DNA of 64,000 nt from Ramazzottius varieornatus (lineage: Eukaryota; Animalia; Tardigrada). The position numbers were made by a program, and so were the translations under genes. The stretch lies in contig BDGG01000004.1 of NCBI GenBank assembly GCA_001949185.1, forward strand, positions 1,513,620 through 1,577,619, in the 5' to 3' direction. Under the pieces are notes generated by a model. The model did not search any database. It was not told where the DNA came from and saw only the letters and a program-made list of their open reading frames with translations. The stretch's first letter is position 1. Every line of letters starts with the position of its first letter. Positions 23,872 through 38,469 of this stretch are shown piece after piece.

Positions 23872-25298
23872 TATCTGTTTTCTTTCCACATATTTCATCC
23901 CGCTCGCAGAAGATCAAAACTCTGGTTAGCCTGCTGCCCAGAAGTTCCGCAGTTCTTATTTGCGAACTCACATGGCTCACGCATGCCAGTCACTTAATTA
24001 CAATGAATGTGATTTCCAGTTACAAACCAGACACTCATAGCTAGATAACCATGAACTGTACGCGAATGTTAGTGGTCAAGCGCTTTTCTGCACAGGCGTT
24101 CTCCGAAAAGTGACATAACAAGAATATTCTCACGACTCGGTTCGATTTCCGACCAAAATCTGAACATACAATTCGGTAAGTCTTGCGAAATTAAAGCCAT
24201 CGTAACCTAGAACTTGGTAGTAGTAAGATGGATGTAGGCTAATAAGTTGTCACATCTCGTAGGAAAGACTGTATATGGCGAATTAAGAAGGTCAGCAACA
24301 CCACGCGTCCGCATAGAAACCGCAGGATGAATGACACAGTATCAGCGCTCGTTTTGTATAGCCACCCCGCGAACGCTTGCTATGCATTGATTAGAGTGCA
24401 TCTATCAATGACGTCAGGTACCCCGGGAGGGAAGATGGGTAGGTCAAACCGGTCAGAGATCTTATAAAAGCCAGTTGATTGCTTGAATTCATTGACATGG
24501 GGGAGGGGGTGTTGGTCAAGCCTCCCAGTACCGAAACCTGACGTCGTTAATGAATGCTTCCTACCATCCAGTTGTGCTTCGGAAACCGAGATTTTTACTA
24601 CTGATGTGCTGCTAAACATAGCTTTGCTGGTGAGCAAGACGCATGATCAAGCTCTTCACTGACATCGCCAAGGCGCAGTGTGGGGCCGATTTTAGTCATG
24701 ACGTAGTTAATTCGCTCCTGATAAAAAAAGCCCTGTTTGATTAAACTGGAAGATCAGTCAATCCACCACTGCCGCGGCCATGACTTGACACAGAATACAT
24801 TAGTTCCTAGATTGACTGAGTGCTAGGACTGCCACAGGGTCTGAAAAAGCAACAGAATCACGTTCGACGCGATGGTTTCCAGTTCACGAGTCGGTGCCGC
24901 GCCATTTTGATGACTGGATGTTTTAGTTATTGGCTCACCCTGCTCAGATGGAGGTGACGTTTAGCAGCGCTCCAGTGGTTTCCACCCTGTTACTTGTTCC
25001 CAGCTTTTCCATCCTGCCATTCCCACCCTGTTTTTTAGGGTGGGAATTTCTCAGTCTTGTATATGAGAGCCGTTTAGGGTGGTCGTTTCCCCACCATTCC
25101 CGGGTCTAGCTTAGACATGTGTCTAGCAAGCCGTAAGGCCCGTTTCACGGTTTCAGGCCCAAAAACAAATTTCCGAGTCCGGATCTTGGAGGTGTACTCC
25201 CTGATATCTTTGAAGTGAAGAGTTCGAGTTCTAAGTCAAGTTGATTGGTTTAAATTGTGAGTGGGGAGTTGATATCATTGCGGACGCAGTAGTTTGGA

Positions 25299-26987
25299 AT
25301 GAAGGTAAGAAACTTCTCAGACGGGAACAGACGAAGTTACATACAGCGTTACTTACCTTCTTCGTTTCCTTCGCAGAAAAATGTCGACCAGGTCATCAGC
25401 GACAGCGCTGAGGGAAGTACAGATGGTGAGGAAGCTTCCGGCAAAACAGCCCATGTCCCGTGCGCTGCCCCTCAGCGCATTCCAGTATTTTGCAAAGTGA
25501 CGTCTCCTGGAGAACAGTTGGTGATAGCGTACTTTCCGCTGAGCACTCTCGACCAAGATCCTGGCTCCAAGATCACTTCTGTTTCGCGCAATCTCTCTGA
25601 TGGACGAATCCGCTGCGAGATCAACAACAGCACCATCAATGCTAGAGAAGAGACGTCAGAAGGCATCCCTGTGGACTACCACATGGTTTGGGAATCGTCG
25701 ACACCACCCACCAACACTTTCCGCAACGATTACTACGCTGTCAAGAAAAATGGTAAAATCTTCTTGACGCCTGCTCAGTTCGTCCACATGCGCGCAGTGG
25801 TGGAACCCAAAGGATCACGGCAGGAAAACTCACGCGTCGGTATCGTGGTGCAAAGTACTGCTCGTAACCAGCAGACTGCAGGTAAGGTGTTAGCGTGAAT
25901 GTTTGCTGGTTTTAGTGGAACTGTCTGGCTTCTTGATATTTCAAATGCTCCTTTACAGATCAGCAAACAGCAGGACAGTGGGTTAAGTACGATCATCATC
26001 GAGTTTCGACTGATCCAGTCTTCGACATTGATGAGAGTAACATCCAAAACCGCAGTGGTCGACCGTCAAAAGCCGCCTCTGCAGATTTGGAAACCGTGAT
26101 AGGCATGGCGTTGAATCTCAAGGATGGAGAGGTGTCACCGACTGGCGCGGGACGTTTGCCGGTGCCGCGCTCGCACCCAGGGGTGGAAAGTGTCGAGGTT
26201 TCTTTCAGACAGGGATCTCGTGTCAAGAGTACAGACGAGATACAACAGCTGTTTCCAAACAAGAGCAAAGCCGAGGTGAGGGAGAACGAAGCTTCTTTTT
26301 GATCTATCAAATCGCTATGTCATTTTCTGATGTGCGATAACGGTTTATGCTTGGATGATCAGATGTATCTATCATATTATTATTCTTTCGTAGTTGATTC
26401 GTGCTCTGAAGGGATGTGCCTACTTAGTGCAAGGACGCTGGGTTGGACAAGGTCAAGTCTACTTCCGTTCGACTCTCTCTGAAACGGCGGAGCTTCCTTA
26501 CCATCTGGTGTTCGATTACATACTGAGTTTCTTTGCGCGATCACCAAAAGTTACTAGTGGAGTGATCAATGCAAAGTTAAAGCTGAGCGCCGCTGCCCTC
26601 AACGGTATCTTGCAGATGTTCGCAGAGCGTAGTCCGAGTGGAGGCCAGGCTGTGAAACTCACCGACCACTCCTGGGAACTGCGTGGAGGTGCCGACGAGG
26701 AATTTATGCGGAATTCCCCTGACTTGGTGAAAGAACAGCAAGCACAATGGGAAGAACGCAGACGTATGTTGGAAACTGAAATCGTTAAATTCGAAAAGCT
26801 GAAGCTGGAAAAGCCGAAGAAAGTACCGGCAAAATCGGTTCCGCCTTCGATTGAAGCACGGGGGAATGTTCGGAGTTCTGTGAAAAGAGATGCCTCGACG
26901 GCTGGGATGGAAGCTGGCGACCGGGTGATGAGAACAGTGAATGGCGCAAGAGGCCGTGGAGGAAGAGGACGTAAAAGAGGAATCTAG
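25299..26987 (+). CDS. POLR3E: RNA polymerase III subunit RPC5 (SIN-like), multi-exon
   Basis: IPVFC..LVIAYFP, YAVKKNGKIFLTP..HMR, LIRALKGCAYLVQGRWV and WELRGGADEEFMRNSPDLVKEQQAQW resemble RPC5 blocks. Confidence 0.72.
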
Positions 26988-28144
26988 CAAATGAGAGAGT
27001 CCTGTTTATGTTGGAAGGTTCTTCAGCATCAAGTGAGCTTCTTAATGTGATCGTTTTATACCAAATGCATTTATCTTACTGGATATGGTTCGCTTCTTGC
27101 CAAAGACAAGGACGCCAGTGAAACGCAGGTTTGTACGAGATGCACTGTCGCATTTTACGTTTTTACAGTATAGACGTCGCGCAATACAGTAATCTTCTTC
27201 GCGTTCTGTAAAATTATAAACAAATTCTGAAAGGCCTAACAGTCACTAATTTTTAGTCCAGAAAAACCTGTTCTCTCACCAGTGGAAACACAGCAGCAGT
27301 ACGATTTTCGTCCTTCGGTAATATCAACCAAAACTCACACTCACACTATCCGTACAGCGTACACAGAGCTCGTGAAAGATTCTTATTTTGTTACTACCAA
27401 AACTGAGGATGTCACCGCGAAAGACAACTTCGTTGATCAGCCGTCTTTCATTAGGGAGCTCATACTGCAAATGTTCGGACACATCCCCGTCCTTTGGCGG
27501 AAGTCTTCTTGTGGCGCGCTGAGTGGAAGAATTCGGATATCGCAAAGGTTGAAGTAGGTAGCTTGGTTGAGAGAAGACGAAATAAAAAAATGTTCTTTAT
27601 GGACACTTTCTCTGGCTGAGAAGTAGGGGAAAAGTGCTCGATGGTCCCGATGGAAACCGTTAAGGTCTCCGTGATGTTCGCAGTCTCGGTTCGCTCAACC
27701 AGTTTGCCAGCTGTCCATTCAAATCAATCACTGAAAGAGAAAGGAAGAACACAAGAGAGAAAGTACCAACGAAAAATGGCATACAACGAAGAAATTAGAA
27801 TGAGCCACGTCCTGATGAAAAATGAGAGAGAAATCACATTTCCTGCAGCGAGCCTCAGTAAGTCAGAAAGGCTAATCCATAAGAATGAGTAGAATCTCGC
27901 CAGGGAGAAACAAAGTTTCGTGTGTAATATCAAAAAAAGAAAACGAGTCACTGACTGTGTAAACAAGGAATCTAAAAGTAATACGAGTTTAAAAGCTTTT
28001 TTTGGATTGAAGGACAAAGGGGAGCACTTTTTCGTTTGACTACTTGGTACTGTATCTGGATAGAGGGCGGGAGTGAGACGGAACGGTTGAATAACACCAG
28101 GAGCGAGGCAGCTCTCGAAGAATCCTTTGCATCTTTCTCTTGAC

Positions 28145-30151
28145 TCAGCTGCTGTGTGAAGTAGACCAGGAGCATTTTTTCTGCGTTTTTCGGATAAGTG
28201 AAAATATGTTTTTGTGGTTTTCCGTGTCGTTTGGAAAGTAGGCTACACTGCTCTGCCTAAATTTGATTCTACAAACCACCCGCATAACGTCGCTGCTGCT
28301 GCATGGCTCCATTGGGACGTTGCTGCGGTTGTTGCCGTTGTACATGCTTGTGCTTGGTCACTTCCATGAAGCCTTCGTTGTCGTCGTTCTCTCCGCCATC
28401 TGAGGTACCAGCATACGAGGAAGCACTTCCGTTTTCGTACGAGTGGGCTCCGTCGTAACCGTTGAAGCTTCGGGCCGACTGAGCTCGACCATCCTGCTGC
28501 GACGCCGAGCACGGCTTGGAGCGGCTCCCCACTGACGATATAGAATGTTCTCTGTCCACCAGGGAACGTCTATCATCTTGACTACTATCCACCGAAGACT
28601 GTTTCATCAGAGGTCCGGCATGAGGCCCATTGCTGCCTCCTGCCTGACCTTGACCGGGCACCAACAACTTATCACGGTTCATTTGAGCAATTCGCGCATA
28701 CGAGATCGTCCCCGATCCCTTCTCATTCTCCACAGCGCTGCTTTTCGAAGAAGCACCACTCCGACCAGCCATGCCACTGTCCTCCGACTCCTGCCAGAGA
28801 AAATCCCATTTCAGACGCAGTAAAATTCGAACTCCGTACCATATGCTGGACGCTGAGACCGTGCTGCCCCTTTTCTACAAAATCACCTATCGAACTGGAG
28901 CCAAGCACGGCCTTGTCCGGGATTTCATAGGAAAACGGCAAAATTCGAAACTGAGCAGGGTCGCCAAACATCTACCCATCTCTGCCTTCCAGCCGGTATA
29001 TCTCAGAAAAGCCTCGCTTTAATTGCAGGTTTAGTGGAGTAAACTGATGTCGGAGAAAAGGAAAGCTTCAAAAAAATTCCGTGAAGGTACCTTGTGACTT
29101 GCAGCGCTGCTGCGTCCAGACCCACTATCACTCATTCCCATGGGCGTGCTGTCTGTCCCCACCGACAGCGAGCTGTACGTCTTTGCTGAAGCTGATCCAG
29201 GAGACGTGTCTTTCGACGACTGTGGCAAGTGTTCAGCCTCTTGTCTTGAACTTGACGCCGATGCCGACGGAGGTCCTAGTGGCAGGTGTGAGCCATGCAG
29301 GGAGGTGGGCGGTTGGCTGTTTGGCACAGCCGACGTCGCAGGTGTCTGGGTCCCGGCGGACGAGTTGGACCTCGACGTCCGGGCAGCGTTCTTTTCGATT
29401 CGGGCTCTTTGTTCGTTGTGTTCACGACCACTCTTTGGCAAGTCGTCGGTGGAAGAAGCTTGTTCTTTCTTCTGAGATCTACAAACAAACAAACAAATTA
29501 CAACCCGTTAAAGTTATACCCGACCATGAAGCGATCTTTCCTTACCGAACTTGGTCCACTCGTTGTGGCTTGGAGGCTTTGTCGTTGGTCTCTTGGATTG
29601 AGTCACCATCAGACCACGCTTTGGAAGACGCCGAGTTCACGCCCATGCTGTGGATTCCCCGAACAATGTCAGCAGCCGACATGTTGGATCCGGCGGATTG
29701 GGGATGAGCATGGCTTGCTAGCAGGTGAGAGCCGGAAGCAATGGGCTCGGTTTGATCCTGCGAAAAATAGATAGGATAAAATATGATATACCGTAAGCCA
29801 ATATATATAAGGTCAATTTTCATATTGTAACAGTACAGAACCAAAATTCAAAAAACAGCATGACTTTATCTCATTGCTTTACCGAGGAAGACAGCATGCC
29901 AGGCAGCGGCGGAAACATTTTTGGCTGGAAGTCGAAGTTGGACTGGTGATGCGCTTTGGCGTGGTCTATTTGCGCGGCATGACCAACGCTATCTCCATGT
30001 TTACTCTAGGAAAACAAGATGCCTGGTGGTAAAATCATCAGCGCGTTCTATAAGACCAGATGAATATCGAACGAAGTTTAAAACCTGCACGGGTTGCGAA
30101 TCCACATGGCGTCTTGCGTTCTGCTCCCTACAACAGCAAAAAATTCGTAAA

Positions 30152-30201
<50 letters not shown>

Positions 30202-32429
30202 TTCCAAAATTACCCCTACAATATTCTGGAAGCAACTGCGAACTTACGCTGCGCTGTTTCTTCGTTCAACGGAACTGGTGGTCGATCCAGTCCTCTCTCG
30301 GACCTGACTACTGGCAATCATAGTGACAGGAGGTCCATGCGGTGGCGTGTTCTCCCCCGAGCGCATACTGGAAGGCGACATGGCTTCCCGATGGTTACCA
30401 TTGACCGAGCTGAAACTGCCATGTCTCGAGATATCACGGTTGCCAACGGCATGCGAGGTAGCATGGTTATGCTCGGAGCGTGTCTCAGACATGGCCGAGT
30501 TTCTCCCGCTGTTTGGGTAGCTTTCGCCTCTTCCACGCCTTCAGTTAGTTTATTAATACATGACGCTCAAAATAGGTTTACATGAGAGCGGTAGCAACTT
30601 ACCTGTTACCGACATTGTAGCCTCCATTGCTACTTCCCCGTCGTCCGCCAGCTCCACGTCCACGCAAGACGGTGTGTCCTCCGCGGTAGGCCGGCGGTGG
30701 CGGTGCCAGTTGCTGCATTTGCATCAAAGATGGATTATATGCCATCATGCTATAGGCATCCTGGTAGTTGAGGTGCGGTGGCCACATCAAAAAGGCCGGA
30801 TTGACTTGCGGATGCATCATGTTGGGCGCATAGTACTGGCCGTTGGGCGTGACAAAAGGATACTGCGGATACTGTAGCATGTCTGGGCCGGGAGGGCGCG
30901 CCATATGGACGGAGTCTTCACTAGCCGGGGAAGCCGCTAAACAATTTCAATTACGATATCACAAACAGCCTCGAATCAACCGAAGCTCCCCAAACCAACT
31001 AACTCCATCTATGACAGAAGCATTCACGTAGCTTCCGAAAACTTCCAGTAATTGGGAGGTCGGCAAACGGACGTACCCAGGTCACTTTTCCAAGTGGTGT
31101 ACGTTCTCATCTTATAACAATGAAAACGCGCGCCATTTGAGATAACAATCCGAGTGAAACAATAAGCCGATGTACCGATCACATACTAACATAATCTCGA
31201 CTTTCAGCAATGTATATTTTCCTATTATTACTTCCTAATTCTTTGAGCGCCTACTTGTCGCTAAGAAAACCTACGATGGTGTTGGTAACTTCTATCGCTT
31301 CCGAATGAGGCTTTCTTTACTTACCAGAAGTCACGACTGCCGTGTCGATCGCCTTCAACCCGCCCACCGCACCAGCAGCAACAGGTATGGCTCGAATTCG
31401 CGTCTGCGGGAAACCGAGCAAAATTTCAACAATTCATACTAAAGACAGCTTCCCGTCTCCTCTTGACCATGTCTAGAGTACTCGTAATATTTGATCATCT
31501 TACGCAAATCGGTTTTCCACAGTAGTCGCGAACATCTTCTCGCAGATAGCGTAACGCCTCCTTGGCTTCGTTCTCTTGCTCGAACTCGACATACCAACAT
31601 GATCCATTGGTGCTGGCGCATTCATAGTTGACAGGCTTGACGACCGTCTGCTTTGCGAAGAGACCTTCCAGGTCCTATTGTTAATACATCCCAATCAAAA
31701 ACGGGAAGTGACGTTGATAAGCTACAAGAATCATGTGTATGTATAGAAGTCCTTGAGGAGCTTACCTCTCTCGTCACAGTATCCGGTAGATCATGAATCA
31801 CCACCGTCGATCGATTGCTCTTAGGCCGTACTCTAGTACCGTTGTCGTCAAGCTCCAGCTTGGAAGAGACTACAAAGAGAGCGGAAGGCTCAATACACAG
31901 CTGTCAGTCTGGAAGGAAGCGACTGCCGTCAAGTCTCACCCTTCTCCTGGAATAACACCACACCACACGCTGGCAGCGGACCGCACCTACCTCGAATGGC
32001 GTCAGTGATCAAATTCAAGTCCTGCGTCAGTCGGCGGACGCAGTTGAAGCCGGCAATCAGGCTCACCAGCACGTAATGATCTCCGTCCATCTGCGACTTT
32101 AAATAGTTATCTTTCGCCAAGTTTTGCGGTGAGAAGTAATACTCAATCTGCTGCTGCAGACGGTCTCGCAGCACAAAGTAGCTCTCTTTGTTGTGAGCTT
32201 GGCTTTCTGCAACAACAAAGCGTCGATTACAACATTTACCGAAACGTTTCTCGTTCAAAAAATAACAACTCACCTCGTCCATTGTTGGACACATCATTCG
32301 TCGGCGTGTCAATCACCGACATTGATCCGCTGCCGTAATCGGAACTTTCAGGAGATCCTCGGGAAGAATAGCTAGAGATGGGCAGATTTCCCACTTGCGG
32401 AAGTGCATGATCACTGGATGGATGCATCA
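28145..32429 (-). CDS. LARP4: La-related protein, LARP4-like (La motif + RRM + disordered C-terminus); both ends approximate
   Basis: La motif LQQQIEYYFSPQNLAKDNYLKSQMDGDHYVLVSLIAGFNCVRRLT is spliced to VSSKLELDDNGTRVRPKSNRSTVVIHDLPD (LARP4-type linker/RRM). C-terminal SYARIAQ motif. Confidence 0.8.
30155..30197. repeat. (AT)n microsatellite in a LARP4 intron
   Basis: Uninterrupted run of about 21 AT units. Confidence 0.97.
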
Positions 32430-35074
32430 TCCAAGGCTGAACTGCAAGACAGAACAGAAAAACACGCTTATATCTGGTTTATCATCATTTCGCAAATTCC
32501 TTTGCCTCATTAATATCATTAGCTTTCCAACAAAGTGAGGAACCAAAACTATACTGACTAAAACCATCATACCATAGCCCCAAGCATATTGAGCCAAAGC
32601 TGCCGTCATATGGCCAACTTCTCAGCACAATGAGGTACCAAGTATCCTGTGGCGAACCTCCAACTTCGAACCCGAAAAGATATTCAGCAAAAAGGTTTTG
32701 GCAATTTCAAAATAATATCACCAGAATGATGATCGGACGAATATTCCACTCAGTCCATCCTCAAATCAAAAAAGGATGAAACCGTCGAATGGAAGGAAGT
32801 AAGCCGTGGAATTATCGACAATGAGGTTAGTAGACGTGGGATTACGGATTAACGATCACTGTGCCATGTATCCATAAACAGATTGGAAAACAAAGGGTCG
32901 CTTCTTAATGTCTGATTGATCAAGAGCTACAGGTAAGTCCATAAAAAACCGTATCGGTGGAGCTTGCTTGATCTGCTTCGACCTGGAAACGAGAGAACGA
33001 TCGAGACTCATCGGTGGTGGTAGATCCGCATGGCCAAGCAGCCTAAATCTCTCTGCTAAGTTAATGTTGGGCCTCGTGCGAAGCGCAGTCTTGTCTTTGC
33101 CTCAAAGCCAAAACTATCAATTACCGTAACACACTAACCAGTATTCACTAGCACCACCATTTCTTTCCGGTACACAGACGAGATACTAGATAGATGAAGT
33201 GATCTCTCTCTCATTCAGCTATAGCATGGCCCATCTTCGTTGGTTCGCCAGATATATATATATATATCAGAATAGTACGGTACACCGACAGCAAATATAT
33301 CGTCGTGATGACTTCCTTCCTTCAATGTAGCGTATGTGTAGACGCTGTAACTATCGCATCAAGTGGCGCAGAGCCACGATCTGATAAAGATACTACGAGG
33401 AAAGCGTCGGTGGTGTCTGCAGATGTCTCTCGACCTTCACTGCCGATCTTCCAAACAAGTGCATACGCCCCGTAAGATTTCCATAACATAAATTATTCCT
33501 CAATGGGCACCAGACACACTCGCACCGTCAACACAAACATGACAGCATATGGTCCCCTCTTTTTCGCAACAATTGAAACTTGTGCTGGGGCAAGAAGTTT
33601 TATCTGGCCTGCTGGGCTCGTAGTCGCGCCTTGGCACATTTCGAGGCGAAAGACATTGGGGGAGATAGATAAGTGCGCAGTGCGAGAAGGAAACCGGTCC
33701 AAAGATGGATAACGATAGCGCTGAAGTCTACAGCTGCTGAAGCCCGAAGAACAGCAGCCTCAGCCTGTGCTGTGCCCAGACACTGCGAGTTTTGTCACGG
33801 CGCACGCTGATAGAAAGCCCTGACGTCAGCGAGAATTCTTTGACGGCGGGCTCGTCCCTGCGTCACTCTTGAAGTACTACTGAAGTACAATCTGCTCTAG
33901 GAAGAAACGCCAAGGCAGGTATATATGAGTTTCTCGCACTGAATAGGGCTTCCTTTTCCGGTACCTTCCCGATTGTTGAAATGCCTGAAGTGAAGTTGAA
34001 AGCACAGAAGCGCATATCATGCGAAACACTGTGGAGAGCTTCGAGTGCACCTACTGATGATTCGTTGATTCGAAGTTCCAAAACAGCGACGCCTCGCAGA
34101 ACGAGCAGCTGATCGACATTCGTGCCGAGAGAGACAACAGGCCTTCTCGGACTTGGCTATCCTCCTCGCGCTTGATTCCCAAATTTCTTCAAGCCTAAGG
34201 CTACAGCTTCCGACCGGCTTCGTGCGAATTCCTAGGACACTAGAGGGTGCCGAAGAAACCTAAACAATCACATTTGCATACAACGAAGCTCACTCATGGA
34301 CCAGCATAGATATCTGCTAAAGCCGCCTCCTACAAAACTTTCGAACTCCCACGGATGATGCAACTCTGCTTAACATAAGCCTGCAGTAGTAACCTCAAAA
34401 CACAGACAAGGAGCTTTCAATCCGTAACGGGGAATGGAAGGATACAATGGACCATACTGTTGGTTGTTCTATTGCGTCACACTCTTACCGTAGCTCATCC
34501 TTAAGTCAGCAGATGGATGTCCTTCCGCAGCAGTCCGAGGTTATAAGATGCGAGGTTGTCCGATCCAGTGTGTGCCGGTCTTGAGGATGATCATAAGTCC
34601 AGAGGATTCCCAAAACATGCGGCAAGCATGGATAATTCCGATATCCGAATGTGTTATTCCAGATTAGACATGCTTGAAGAAGACGCATCAAAAATCATGC
34701 GAAATCAGATTTCACGGTGACAAACAACCCACTCGACCCCGGAGTAAGGCTTGGAAACCCCGGGTCTGGTTAAAACAGTAACATGAGTTTAACTGGGTTA
34801 GCCCAACAACCTGCGTGTACCCTTTTCGCTCTCGCAATCTCGCGTGTGTCATCCAGTCGTAAAGCAAACCGGAAGTGGGAGTTTGTGATCTTGTCCTATG
34901 TTCATTTGTTCTGCACCATCAAAGGATACTTATCAAAACGTCGGGAAGTTCACGCGTCTTTGGTTACCTGTCGACTGGGGCGTTCGGCTGCTCGAACCGC
35001 GAAGGCGTCCGCACTTTGGGCAACCAGCGACATTCTTCTGTCTGTTCTGACAGGAATCAGAAGGCTATGCCGTG

Positions 35075-35508
35075 ATGGGGATTTGTCAGTCTTGTTGTGA
35101 GGATTCGCACGGATCCGGAAGCGAGCGAGTGGTCCAGCCTAGCGCGGTGAGAACAGAATATTTTCCACGTCTTCAGTGGGCGTATATTCTACAACACAAC
35201 CTGCCCGTGTATGAACTGTGGTATTTTTATGTAATCGGTGTTTCAGGAAGAAAGAAGACGGCTTCAAGCAGAGGCAGCCCAAAGGAGGATGCAAGACAAT
35301 AACGCCCGAGGTGTGGCTGATCCTGCTCATGTGCAACGACAACAGAAGAAAAGAGATGATTACGAGAAAGCGCTGGAACAAACGTATCCCTCTGAGCGCG
35401 AAGGAGGACTACGGGTACGATACTAACAGAAGTTGCAGAATCACTATGTGTCGTGATCCCATCTTCTGTTCGTAAGACGTGAATGGTTTTCAGTGGACGG
35501 CGGGATAA
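35075..35508 (+). CDS. SVIP: Small VCP/p97-interacting protein (3 exons)
   Basis: MGICQSCC (myristoylation/palmitoylation-type N-terminus) | EERRRLQAEAAQRR (VIM motif) ...EGGLR|WTAG*. Confidence 0.88.
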
Positions 35509-35936
35509 CGGGTTCGTGTGAAAAGTCCAGAGACACAAGAGCGACTGCCTCTGCTGTTGTGCCTAACTAGTGAACGGATCGCGGAGGAAACTGATAACAG
35601 CGGAGTACAAAGAGTTTTTCACGTATAGGGGACGGTTGTGCCGAAGGCTCCTTTCGGTCTGTAGAGATTTTACATTTCCTGGGTTTCCCGCGCTCACATA
35701 CAGACGAGGAGTCGAGCATTCCTGTTCCGTCCAGATATCTTTTATAGAGAGGAAGAAGACTTCAAATGATGATAACTTGATATTGACACTACTCAACTAG
35801 ACGCAAACGGTTATGAATGCACTCACTGTACAGAATATCTCATGCAACTAGAAATTTTTTAGTTTCCCAAACACCAGCACATCGACGAAAAAGACATTTT
35901 TATCCCCGAGAGTTAGAATTTTTAGCGGATGGTACG

Positions 35937-38089
<2,153 letters not shown>

Positions 38090-38469
38090 GTTTCAAACCG
38101 GGATTTCCCAGAAAAAGTGCGCGAAACTGACTGAACTTCCTTGTCGCTTAGATGCTGCTGGCGATCGCAACATCTGTGGAATACAGCCAGAGGTTTCCAA
38201 GACTAACTACTACATCTGCGGCTATCAAGAAAGATGAAAGTGTCCCAGTGACAGCCGAAGCTTAGAAGCTCAGCAAACGGAAGTGAAAAAGTAACGGTTA
38301 GGCTCACCTAGATTCACGGGATCGATCATTGTAAAGGAAATTTATGCCAAAGTGAAATCTGCATCCATTCAATTGGGGATCGCAAAGGTAAACACATAAT
38401 GATCAAAAGCCTTTAGGAAACGAAATCGATCGAATAGATCAAAGTATTATCAGCAACACCGCTTAAACC

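Noticed and set aside
25019-25047. Hairpin ATTCCCACCCT...AGGGTGGGAAT upstream of POLR3E as a terminator or ncRNA
   Set aside because: Short isolated stem in eukaryotic promoter DNA with no supporting RNA-gene features.
29921-30323. ORFs with YIYIYI repeats
   Set aside because: Translation artefact of the (AT)n microsatellite in an intron.
31940-31946. Possible 7-nt micro-exon (CAG|GAGAAGG|GTGAGA) in the LARP4 La-RRM intron
   Set aside because: The flanking exons already join in frame without it, and inclusion would frameshift; there is no evidence of use.
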